A DNA stretch of 64,000 nucleotides from Podarcis cretensis (taxonomy: Eukaryota), in NCBI GenBank assembly GCA_951804945.1, contig OX638151.1, positions 70,184,001 through 70,248,000 on the forward strand. Reading direction: 5' to 3'. The notes under the pieces are model-generated. The model ran no database searches. It saw only the letters and a list, made by a program, of their open reading frames with translations, and was not told the DNA's origin. Numbering within the stretch: position 1 is the first letter of the stretch; the number at the start of each line of letters is the position of its first letter. The position numbers and the translations under genes are program-made. Below, piece after piece: positions 1 to 11,911 of this stretch.

Positions 1-644
1 GTACATTTTTGTTGAAAATATATTATTTTATGTTATACTAAATCCCCAGGCAATGTAACCTACCTTTTTCTTTTACACATAACATTCCAGCTATTAAATG
101 CCTTCTTCTGGATCTCTTCCATAAAGTAACTCTGCAGTGATGGAGATCAATCTATTACCAAGCTATTAATAGGGTCAAGTGTTTATTCTGTCACTCCTTT
201 AAAAAAAGCAGCAGCAACAGGGTTTTGCCTTTCACTCTTTCAGAACATTAACATATATAATTATGTGCATACCTACATGGGAGTAAGAACCATGATGTGA
301 TCTACTCATGAGTAAACAAGGAAAGGATTGGTCTGTGGCTCAAATGCCACATTCAAGTTTAATTCAGGCATTCTAGATCTGCCATGTGATGTTAGCTCTG
401 CTCCCTGGTACCCTCCATTTCTTGGAGAACGTTTAAAGTGGGAAGCCTGATCACATAGGCTTCCTGCATGCTTAAGACTCCTGGTTTTCCAGAGTTCTAA
501 ACAGTGCTGGGCGCGTACATGAGTAGGGAAGGCTTCCTGCTCCAGAAATGAGCATTGTGATTTTACGAGGGTAGTGGTAATGGTGACATAGGGCAAAGGA
601 AACCCACCCTGCCAATTATGATGCTAATATTACCTATATTATGG

Positions 645-778
645 GATAGCCAACACGGTGCCCTCCAGATTGTCTTGGACTCCAACTCCCATCATGCTCA
701 ACCAGCATGGCTAATTGTCAGGGATAGTGGAAGGTGGAATCCTACAATACCCAGAAGGCACCAGTTGGCTTACCTCTG
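645..778. mobile_element. hAT/Charlie (MER5-like) MITE
   Basis: Imperfect palindrome gccaac..ggtgccctccag / cagaaggcaccagttggc with ggactccaactcccatca body. Confidence 0.6.
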
Positions 779-2089
779 CGACCACCATTAGTCACATTTA
801 ATAATCTCGTATAATGCTACACACATATAATGTTGTCTGCATATATTTTAACACTCCTCTGGATCTTATTTTTCCACGAGAAAAACAGGAAGGCACAAAT
901 GCTTTAAATTGTGCCAGAGCATCCTACCTTTGCTTAATTCATTATTCTGTACTATTTTTAGTGTGACAAAATACCTTTGTTCTGAACAAAAGAGAGATTC
1001 TTTCAAGCCCTTGGGTAATGGCGGATAGGATTTTATGAAACCCTCAGGTGCCTCCAAGCCACTTTTGTCAAAGACTATTAGCAGAACAATGCAGAATTTA
1101 AACCAACTCTTGCTATTTTGTAAGCTTTCTTTTACTTACAATCCTGACTGATTTTCTCCTCCCATTGCCCTATCCTATTATTTTGCAAACTCAAATGCCC
1201 TGCCTCATTGCTCACATACCACCTCTCAAAACATTTTTACCTTCTTAGCACATAATCATGGCATCCTATTCCTGTCTGTCTGTATTACATTATCAAAGTT
1301 ATCCCGCCTAACGGATTTTCAGCTTCTTATCCTAATAGCATATCTTTCATGTTTTGTATTTTAACATATATAGAGTCTCCAGTTATTTTCTTTGCTATAT
1401 TTTTATGGAACCCTGCATGCATACATATAGTATTAATGTGGAGTGAATATATTCAAGGACAAAGGAGGATTAAGAGTGGGTTAATCTCCAAATGTAGTTC
1501 TGAAAACAGCTAAAACAACTCTATTGCAAGCACTCTCAGAGCACCAGAATATGCCCAGAGATGCACAAATATGAACTGGGATGTACAAAATTCCCCTTGG
1601 GGGGCTGTTTTCTACATTAATGTATATCCCAGCACTTTTTTTCCCCATCTCAACTGGTCAGTGGTGCATTTAACTTGTGTTTTCGGAAGCAATAGTATTT
1701 CAGATAAATAGAACTGGCAGTGGGTGGAGCTCTTTTGCATAGTGAGGACTGCTTTGATGGAATCCACTAAGTTAGGAGTCCTCTGCACATTTAAATAGAG
1801 TCAGTCACATTAAACTCAATGGGATTTTCTTCCAAATAAACATGCATAATTTTTTGCACCAAACCAGTTTCTGAATGACAGCCAATGGTATCCATTTTCC
1901 AGCAGAAGGGACTTGCATTTGTGCAACAGAACACTGCCTTCCTTTCCTCTCTCCTTTGCACTTCTAAAAGGTTGAGGGATTCTCTAAAGCAGAGGCTGTA
2001 CCCAATACAATTGTTTTGAATAAACTGTGGATTTTCCTCATGCTCAAAGTGTAGCTGATCTCTAAGACACGGAGAAGAAATTTGGCCAT

Positions 2090-2272
2090 CAGTGTAGTGA
2101 GATTGCTATATAGGACTGAGACTGTCCAGATTCAGATCCCCAGTCAGTCATTTAGCTCACTGGCTGACATTGAGCTACTTATATCTCTCAGCCCACCTTA
2201 CTTCACAGAGTTGCTATGAGGATAACAAGGAGGAGAAATGTGTACATTGCCTTGAATTCCTTAGGGGAAAAG
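2090..2272 (+). mobile_element. MIR/CORE-like SINE
   Basis: ttcagatcccc...ctctcagcccaccttacttcacagagttgctatgaggataa core; related copies at ~7890-8030(-), ~22370-22535(-), ~39300-39420(+), ~62285-62460(+). Confidence 0.6.
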
Positions 2273-2279
2273 TACTTGA

Positions 2280-2610
2280 AGAGACAGATGCTCCCAAATC
2301 TTGAGGTCATCTGCAGAGGCTCTCCTCCAGATGTCCCAAGCATCTCAGGTAAGGCAGGTGGCAACTAGAGAGAAGGCCTTATTGGTGGTGGCACCTCATT
2401 TATGGAATTCCCTCCCCAATAAATTTGCTTGGCACCAGTACTACAGTATTGCCAGCGCCAAAGAAAGATGCTTTGTATTCCCAAGCTTCTTTATGTATTA
2501 TCATTTTAACATCCTACAATTAACTACATTTTTTGTTTGATATTTAAAAATCATGTCTTTGCAAACCACTCTGGATACATTGCTACAGGGTGATGCATAA
2601 ATATTTGAAA
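2280..2610 (+). mobile_element. L2 LINE 3' end
   Basis: REKALLVVAPHLWNSLP resembles the L2 C-terminal RAFSVVAPxLWNSLP; T-rich UTR follows. Confidence 0.65.
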
Positions 2611-5600
2611 GAAATGAATAATATGTAACAAATCAAGCATGAGTTAATAATCTGCTAGGGACAAATTGAAAGGTAGAGAAATCATCATGTTGTCTTCTAT
2701 ACATTATAAAGTACCTAACTGTTCCCTATACTAAAAATTGTGGAAGATCTTCAACCCAAAGTTTTAAGGCAGCTTCTACCTAAGGACTGTTCTCCTGGAT
2801 CTTGAATTCTGGATGCTTTTTATATATGATGGCAGTAGGTTTGAAATGGTTTATTTCTGCATTCTGAAGGTGAGATAATCTGCCTATTATAAAAAGCTTT
2901 AGTGCTTTCCAGTAAGTTAATGGACTTTGGAATTAGTTTGCTTATGTGTCTCTACACAGAAAGTGACTCAGTGGTGAATGACAGCAGCCCGCACTTTGAA
3001 CTTAATAGAGCAATACAGTTCACATTCCTGTCTGCACCTGACTGAAGCAGGAAAGGAGGGAGCATGCTTCTTACCTTCTAGAGCAGAAGGTATCATATCC
3101 TGCAGTATTCCACAGAGGGAAATAGAATATTCTTGTGTGACAGGGGATGGGGCAGATTATGGTAGCCCAATGCCATAGCCTGCCAGCTAACAAGGGGACC
3201 AACATAATCCACTGTCAAGTGCACCACAACTAGGGACTCAGCTTTACAGCTGCAAGTATAATGTTTTAAGTGCATTATACAAATTTGACACTAGATGGTG
3301 ATGATGAGCTTATGGCAAATTCAATATATTTTTCAAAACATTTTTTTAAAAAAACATTTTCACAGCGTTTTTTAGATTCCACCAGGGAGCAGGAACTGAA
3401 ACTGTATGCCGGGTGGCAAAAGCACTAAGACTAGTTTCACAATATACACCATGAATGCAATGCTGTAAGTTGATACATTGGCTGATAAGATATAGCAGAT
3501 GTTATTACTCTGACACTGAGGACAAAACTCAAGGCCTGGATCCTTTGCGCTACCAGGCTACGGTTCTACAATGAGAATGAGCACTGCCAGTCAATGAGTC
3601 ATCGGTGTGCTTGTTTTTTATTAGCTACATCTGAAGAGGTCCCACTCCAGCTGTTTTCTTTCATTTGAGAAAGACTCACTGTGACATAATTTGTGAACAG
3701 CATCTCAACTGGCTGATTCCCAATTTGGTCCCTGGTTGTTTATTATCATGTTTTCAGTTGCTCCTTCCATCCAGCTCCATGATTCCAGCCCTGAAGCCTC
3801 CCTGCTCCAGCTGCATTAGAGAACCATCAATTCACACGGCACCTCAAAGCATGAAATCAAACGGAGGATGGGGAGAAAGAAATCCCTTCCCTTCGTCAGC
3901 AGGAGAGGCAGGGAGGGAGAAAGGGCAACTATAACAGAGGATAAAATGTTTACATGCCATCCCCCAATATCCAAGCAGTGTGAGATTCCAGGCGCACTTA
4001 CCCAGGGTCTATGTTTCCATTTAAACAATGAGGCACAGTCAAGACTGTGGTTTCTTTACGATACATTTATTATGATATCATGCCCACTAACATTCCTCAG
4101 ATGAAAATAGGGACATTCTATTCTACAACAGTATCATTGCTTTTTTTGGGGGGGGCGTTGCAGGCTAAGTTTTATTAAAGTTTTTCATGATACAAACAAT
4201 ACCCTCACCGAAGCCCAGTTACCGTAGCTTCCTCACCCACCCTCCACCCCTATAACTACCTTGCCCCCACTACTCAAACTCAAGCCCCTGACTGGTCTGC
4301 CTGCCCTCTGCCAGCTACACCCTTCCACATCACCCCCCAACCCCAGGGCCTGCTCCTCCCCAGGGTCTCCTCCAGCTGACGCCCTCTCTGCAGGCTTGAC
4401 CTGGCTCACTTTCTCCTCCTTATTTTTATTTGGCATGGCCAGCTAGATGGGTGGCTGGGGGCCTGCGAGGCCAGAGCCTCCTACAGCAGGGATGGTGGAG
4501 ACATTGGTGGTGTCCCTGTTGCCTTGCTCCCCCTTCCTCCTTCTCCCGCTACTGGTGCTGCTGCTGCTGCCTGACTCCCTCCTTCAGACCCAGATCCTTC
4601 AGATCCTCCTTCCCCCCACCCCACCTTCTCCGACTCCCGGGAGAGGCAGCAAAGGAGGTGGCAAAGGAGGAGGAGGTGGCTTCAGTCAGCAAGTACCTCT
4701 TCCCTCTGCTTCCCCCCACATGAAGCCATTTCCAGTTAGTGTACCTCAACAAAGATGGAAATTCAGGATTCTGTGTGACAAAGTGAGAAGCCATGGTGGC
4801 TTAATGGTTTTTGTGATGGTCCTGGCATTTTGGGGGCAGTTGGAGAGGATTGTGATATATGCCTATATGATACCGGTATGTGGTTTATCTACACACACAC
4901 ATACACACACACACACCTGAGCCGGGGGTGGGGGGTACCCAGCATTACACAAGGGTTTTGCCTCCTCCATAAATGCAGCTTTAGGTTTCAACAGACACCA
5001 GCCATTTCTCTGCCTCCCCAGTCAGCTCACAGGACACAGCACCCTCATGCTAACACCTCTGCAGGAGGCTAGTCCTGGCTTAATTAGCCTTTCACATGTT
5101 GATTCCCTAGGATTAGAAAAGGTCTAATACACAATGTAATGAGTTTGCTGAATGTAATCAAAGGATTAAAGCGTTTAACACACATCTTAAGACACACAGG
5201 TTTGACATCCCATTTTAACACACAAACTGTAATTAAATTCTAACGTTTACTGAGCCCAGGCATTTAGCACACACAAACTTATAACAATATCCACAAATTG
5301 ATGCCACTTAGGCTTTGTTGTGCCAGGGGTGATGACAAAAAGGCTGCATTTCCACAAAGCAGGTGGATGGCATGCACCCCACCCCCAATATTCAAACAAT
5401 ATCTTGCTCACAATGTACATTTTGCTTCCTTGACGTCTCTCCTTTTTGTTTCTCTCTGTTAATGAACAACTTGTCATGACATTATTCACTCTAGTAAGAA
5501 ATTACTATCTGACAAGCATAATGAACATTTCCACCCCTCAGAGCTTGAACTTCTGAAAGCTTTTCTTACCAGGAATTGGAAGTTTACACATAAACACCTA

Positions 5601-6130
5601 ACTTTTTTAAAAAAAACAAAACCCTCATCTTTCCCTACAATAATTTATAATGAAACATTGCACTGTATAATTAAGAGCATCCATATATAATGGAGCATCT
5701 CAGCTTGCACAAACATTATCTGTATGGCTTGTTTACTGAACTTTACCTACAGAAATTCAACCAGGTCACCCATCACCACCACCCTTGAAAAAAATAACTA
5801 GTATTTTGGAAATTCTTATCTAACTTCCCCAGATTTGCTGCAGATGTTTCCTGGGAACAGAACGCTAGGCTGGATCACCAACACACTGCTAGGTTTATCC
5901 TAAGCACTAGGCACTTGTGCCAGTATTTAAAGACAATGCAACATAAATAAGGCACAGGATTGAAATGGTTCGTTACAAGAAAAAGCAAACGGTCAAACCA
6001 AACACCAAAACAACAGCAACATTGTTTCCCCCAAATCTTAGTTAGCAATTTCAAGTTCCAGTGAGAGACAATGGTTTGGGAGCCTGCCTTTCTGAGAATA
6101 TGGCCTATATATGTGTGTGTCCTATACATA

Positions 6131-6739
6131 TTGTTGTTGTTTAGTCGTTTAGTCTTGTCTGACTCTTCGTGACCCCATGGACCAGAGCATGCCAGGCACT
6201 CCTGTCTTCCACTGCCTCCCGCAGTTTGGTCAGACTCATGTTTGTAGCTTTGAGAACACTGTCCAACCATCTCGTCCTCTGTCGTCCCCTTCTCCTTGTG
6301 CCCTCCATCTTTCCCAACATCAGGGTCTTTTCCAGGGAGTCTTCTCTTCTCATGAGGTGGCCAAAGTATTGGAGCCTCAGCTTCACGATCTGTCCTTCCA
6401 GTGAGCACTCAGGGCTAATTTCCTTAAGAATGGATGTGTTTGATCTTCTTGCAGTCCATGGGACTCTCAAGAGTCTCCTCCAGCACAATAATTCAAAAGC
6501 ATCACTTCTTCGGCGATCAGCCTTCTTTATGGTCCAGCTCTCACTTCCATACATCACTACCAGGAAAACCATGGCTTTAACTATACGGACCTTTGTTGGC
6601 AAGGTGATGTCTCTGCTTTTTAAGATGTTGTCTAGGTTTGCCATTGCCTTTCTCCCAAGGAGCAGGCGTCTTTTAATTTTGTGACTGCTGTCACCAACTG
6701 CAGTGATCATGGAGCCCAAGAAAGTAAAATCTCTCACTG
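6131..6739 (-). mobile_element. BovB (RTE-clade) LINE, 5'-truncated
   Basis: Minus-strand ORF DFTFLGSMIT...KIKRRLLLGRKAMANLD...VVMYGSESWTIKKADRRR...LRLQYFGHLMRREDSLEKTLMLGK is the BovB RT C-terminus. (CAA)n tail. Perfect 13-bp TSD TGTCCTATACATA at 6118-6130 and 6738-6750. Confidence 0.95.
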
Positions 6740-8129
6740 TCCTATACATAAAAAACAGATATAAACACTTAGTTCTTGCTCCTCGCATGCCTAATTTAAA
6801 CACTAATGGACTACACACGTTAGCAGCAAGACTCGAACTACAGAAATAGACTATTGATTGAGCTGTGTTTGAAGATGCAGAATTCATGTTGATCCACTTG
6901 CTGGGTGGACAATTCAGAGCACTCTGAGGGCCATTTTAATGTATTTATGGAGGACCACATCAGTACCTGGAGTATATTTGTTTTGCCATTTTAACCCAGT
7001 ATTTGTTTTTCTGTCTATTAACTGTTATCCCTCTCTGCACTCCATAGCAGCCTCTTGATCGACCATATCATGAGGCAGTCAGCCAACCTGTGCAGCTGAC
7101 TTTATGAAAGAGCAACAAACTGTGAGTTGTTTAATTCATTGCTATTGTATTCACTGCCGGGGGGGTTGCATGTGGGATTTTCTGCCCCAGGTGCCAAAAT
7201 TACTTAACTGGCTTTGGGATCTATGCACCTCACCTTGGGACTGGGGTGGGGGCAAGCAGGAAGCATCATTTAGGGAACCCTATGTTGTGAGACCTGATCT
7301 GCTTTATATACATTAGCATGATGTTGCAACAAGAGACGCAGGGCAATGTGCTTTGCCAATTGTGCCCACCTCTGCTGTCCAAAGGTAATTTGTTTATGAA
7401 ATATGAGTCTGCCATGCATTTAGCTAAATGTCAGTGATGGGGCTGACCTTCAGAACAACGTACTGAATACTCAAGTGCAGGGAAAATGTTTTTGTGAGGT
7501 TCATTTAGCACAATGGCTTTTTGATCTATAAATACAAAGCAAGCATCTTTCATAAAGCTTCAGGGGAATTTCTGTAAAGGGGAGATAATGGGCCATGCAT
7601 CCTGATCCAGTATGCTCCCGGCAAAGGCCAGCCTTGGTACCCAGGGACCGATTATGCAGCACAATACCCCCTTTTGTGGTGTAACTCACTGCAGAGAGTG
7701 GCCACCTTGCAGTTAAGGACTTTGCAGAGAAATTGGAGAGCATTGCTCTGCCAAATAAGCACTGAAGACTACAAACTCAAAAAACAACACCTTAATAGGG
7801 TTCATCTAACTCAAGGGGACTAACTTTTCAATAAATAACCTTAGGATTGCACTTCATTTCCAAGTCAATTGATTAATTGCATTTTCAGCCTTGGAAAAGT
7901 TCAGGGCTCATCGTCTCCCCCGCTCTCATCCTCACAATAACCTTGTGAGGTAGAATAGGCTTTATGAGAGATTGCTTCAAAGTTGCCCTATGAGGTCCAC
8001 AGCGGAGAATTTGAATCCAGCTTGTTCTATTGCTGAATGGTTGAGAAACATTCCCCTTTCTGTACTTCAAGCCCAGCACTTTTATCCTACTCGTTGTTGC
8101 ATGTGGATAACAATTGTGTTCTTGACCCA

Positions 8130-8290
8130 CACAGCATTTTCTTCAAACTAAAATACATACTCTGTAATTCCAGCCTTTCTTGAAATAACTTTCTACCCAC
8201 ATCATTCATCATCCTTTTATGTCTCCACTGAATCCTTTCAAAATTGTCCAACATTCTCCTTATATGAATGTAGCGCCTACAGCCATGCAC
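8130..8290 (-). mobile_element. Old CR1 ORF2 C-terminal fragment
   Basis: Translation LDNFERIQWRHKRMM...FQERLELQSMYFSLKK resembles the CR1 motif LERVQRRATKMI...YEERLKEL.LFSLEK. Confidence 0.6.
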
Positions 8291-9283
8291 AGTATTGTTT
8301 GTGGTGGGGTGCCTATAAATGCAACCATCGTCATATAAAAAACAAGGAAAATGCCTGTGTTTCAAATAATCTCATTGGAATGCATGATATCATGCCAGAT
8401 GAAGCAGAATGTTCACAAAGGCAATTACTGTTACTGCAAAATACAATTTTCATTGTGCTGAGCAGGAAAGAACAAACCTAACTTCTCTATGAAAATAAAA
8501 TTCTAAATCACAGGATAAGCCAATAAGGCTCTACGCATTCTACATTTCTGATGTTCTGTTTGAAATAGACTGATTTGTACAAGGATTTCAACTAGCTAGT
8601 CTCAAATTTTGATACCCACACCAGTGATTGTTCCAAGTATAAAAGTCCATGAACCATTTATTCTGCTAAAGGAGCTAATATTCATATATATAGTTTCCCC
8701 GCATAGAAATGTTGAACAAAGCTAGCTGTGAGATGGTGCTACTTAAGAGGCTTTTATATGAAACTGGCATGAAATGCTTCACTGCAGGGGAACAACATTT
8801 AAAACTCTGTTTTCAGTTAGCAGGTTATACAGAAAATCTATTTGTTTTGATGCTGGACTGGATATGATCATGCCTACTGTTCAAAGACAGAACTAAGGAT
8901 GTTGTTCCAAGGCAATTATTCCTTTATCACACGCTTGCACAGCATGAGTCTAAGCCGGGGTGGACTCCCGTTCAGGGTCGCCCAGGGTCCGTTTGATTGT
9001 GTATCCTTCCAATAAAAGTAGTACAATGGTTTTAATTGTAGAGAATGAAGGGAAAGAATTGGAGTACATGATTAAGCTTCCTCTGCAACAACGCAGGTGG
9101 GAAACAGCAGCATCCCCATTACGGCATGTTTGCCATCTTATTCAGCGTTTCATGAATTCATACCATAGGCCCAATTCATACTTAAGACTAAGCCAAGGCG
9201 TGGCTTAGCACAAATGAGCAAATATGCTGGGTCTTGGAGATCATGGCTGCTCTGCTCTTCCTCCAGTCCTGCTCCTGGTGCAT

Positions 9284-9559
9284 GTTGTTGTTGTTTAGTC
9301 GTCTTAGTCATGTTCGACTCTCTGTGACCCCATGAACCAGAGCATGCCTTGGAAACTCTCACTTTCCTCTCAAAGTTTCTCCTTTTTTATGTCCATGGAG
9401 TTTTCTTGGCAAAATACTGGAGTGGTTTGCCAGTTCGTTCTCCAGGTGGATCACATTGAGTCTAAACTCTTGGCTATGACCTGTCCATCTTGGGTGGCCC
9501 TGCATAGCATAGCTCAGAGCCTCTTGGAGTTATTCAAGGCCCTTCTCCATGACAAGGGG
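9284..9559 (-). mobile_element. Non-autonomous BovB derivative (5' UTR joined to 3' tail; Bov-A-like)
   Basis: Minus strand reads BovB 5'UTR motifs (GGGCCACCCAAGATGGACAGGTCAT...GGCAAACCACTCCAGTATTTTGCC...CCATGGAC), then the BovB 3' end (CATGGGGTCAC...GACTAAACAACAAC). 11-bp TSD TCCTGGTGCAT at 9273-9283 and 9560-9570. Confidence 0.85.
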
Positions 9560-10258
9560 TCCTGGTGCATACCTTGTCTCAGTCTCAGATCACTTTGTCC
9601 CTGCTTCTTGTTTGTTCCCAAAGTAAAACTGATGCAGAGATTGCATTTTTTAAGCTTGAGTCCTAACTTTCCAATTCTGCTTCCATGGGAGTTTCACCAT
9701 ATTTCTATCCATTGAAACAATAGTATTTTTGATGTCCATATTTACGCAGAGGTCAAGCCCACTGTGTTCAGTGATCTATCTTCCTGGGAAAGTGGTCTTT
9801 CTTTTTTCTTTGGAAGATCTCAGAGTGGCACTGGTTAAAGTTAAACAGTTAAACAGCAGTACATAAAAGTTAAAACAGCAGTACATAAAGTACATTTCCA
9901 AACTGACTATATATGATTGCAGTTGGTTTGGCACTCTTTTAGCTAGATGAATTTGCCACAATCTACCAGAAGCATCCCATTTAGATGGGCTGGAACTGCA
10001 GCTGTAATTGCAGCTGTAACTGCTATCTTTGGGGGGGGGGGGGTGAGTTCCAGACTCAGAGAAACCTTTCTGTAACCATTGCTTCAGTCATTCTTTCTTA
10101 AAAACTATGAATATTCTAGTTCAGTCTTTTTTTAACACTATGCAGTTGACTTTTATTTCTTAGACACACCTCATCCTACCACCATTCTCTTTAACTCAAT
10201 CCCATTGCAATGGAATATTAATTATCCGAATTGAATGTGTATTATATGGTTCAGCATT

Positions 10259-10827
10259 GTTGTTGTTGGCATCTGTCTGTCTCAAAAGACAATGGAGTGT
10301 GCCTCTGGGAGTGAAGTCAAACTTCTGCATTAGCAGCACCAAAGTGACCTCCCTGGAACACAAGCCTGGGCAGTGTGTATGGAGGTCCTGGGCTGTCCAG
10401 ATGACAGGACCCCCCTCTTGGCCTTGCTGATGTGGTTCAAAGGAAAGCAGAACAATATGTTTGGCACCAGTTTGACTGCAGGAGTTGCTAGAAGGAAGCA
10501 TACAAGGTACATTCCAACCATCTTAGAGACTCCGCTGGATTAGTGTGGGGTTTACTCCTTGGCCTTTTCTTCTCCTGAAGATATCATGCAAGGCAGCAGG
10601 GCCTGTTTTCACATGCAGAAAAAGTTCCTGAGACCCATCTGCTCCCCTCACCTAATTTAGCCAGCCAGTCGAAGCTGTTTCCTGGGGTGCGGCCACTGTT
10701 GCAATCTGACAGCTTCCAGGAGCCACAGATGAGAGCTGAGTGCAGGGTGGGGACCAAAGGTAGACAAACTACCCCAGAAGGAGCATGACATGTCCCCCAC
10801 CAGAGGTACCATCCCCCCTAACAATCC
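10259..10827 (-). mobile_element. Non-autonomous RTE-clade (non-BovB) retroelement
   Basis: Minus-strand 3' end CCATTGTCTTTTGAGACAGACAGATGCC(AAC)n is typical of RTE tails; no RT ORF; 15-bp TSD (13/15) at 10244-10258 and 10828-10842. Confidence 0.7.
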
Positions 10828-11785
10828 ATATGCTCCAGCATTAACCTTCACTGGTTTTTCTTTTATTTATACAAGATCTCCCAACACTCTTGCAACTGAT
10901 TCTGTTTATCTTACAAGTCCCATCTTGACATCAGCACTATTGTTGAAGAGCTTATCTGCTTTTGACATTCTAATCATACGCACACTCAAATTAAAGCTTT
11001 TGTCCTTGCATTCTACGGAAAATTGTCCACACAAACTCTTAAGTGCTCCTCAAACAATCAAGACAAAGATAGTTGGCTGTGTTTAAGCCCATCCTGTCTT
11101 CTCAACACCACTGATTTGGACGTCAATGGAGGATATTAATTACTTAAACCTTACTGCAAGTATGGGGAACCTCCTAATACCTCTCTTTCTGACCCCCTAA
11201 GACTCTCCCCAGGACATACCATCTCCCTAACCACACTTCCAACTATCCCTGCTTCACATCCTTCTAGAATATGTCCTTGAACCCTGAATATGCCTTTTGC
11301 CTGGATGGATGGAGGATTGAGAGGTGTGTGTAGAAAGCAGCCTGCTCTATAAAGGTAAAGTTCATATTAAATTCTCCATCCACTTTTTGGCATACCCAGA
11401 AGGGAATGCAGCCCTTGTTCCTGAAAAAAGTTACCCTCCCTACATTAGCGTTCTGGAGCCCTGCCCTCCTAGCATGTGGAGTGCTGTCCACTATACAGGA
11501 GAGTCCGTTTACCATAGTAAGGAAATGGAGCAAGGAAATGGAGATTTTAAAAAAACAAAATCCTCCTCTCATCACAGTGCAACAGAGCTACCAGGATAGG
11601 AATTGCTTCACAATCCAAGGACTCTCTGACACAACAAGAGGCCACCACAACACTGTTCCCTAGCTAAGGAGCAAACTGTAAAAGCCTTTCCTTGATCTAT
11701 TCTAGAGTTTGGGCAGAGTTGGCTAATTTCTTTTTTCTCAGTGCTAGAGTTTAGAAGCCCACCGATCCCTTCTTGTGATCTAGAC

Positions 11786-11911
11786 CAAGAATGTGGAATC
11801 TGTGGCCCTCCATACATTGTTCCGTCAGATTCAGCCAACATGACCATCGGTAAGGGATGATGGGAGTTATAGTATGACACATCTGGAGAGCCACAGGATA
11901 CCCATTCCCAG
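11786..11911. mobile_element. hAT/Charlie (MER5-like) MITE
   Basis: ctgtggccctcca / tggagagccacag arms; gatgatgggagtt body; flanks ATCTAGAC and GTCTAAGG. Confidence 0.6.

Noticed and set aside
4447-4920. 157-aa ORF with a signal-peptide-like Leu run
   Set aside because: Composition follows low-complexity CT/GA-rich DNA and a (CA)n repeat; no exon signals or homology recognised.
6141-6887. 248-aa RT-like ORF as a host or domesticated gene
   Set aside because: It is a TSD-flanked truncated BovB; the N-terminal ~50 aa come from unrelated flanking DNA.
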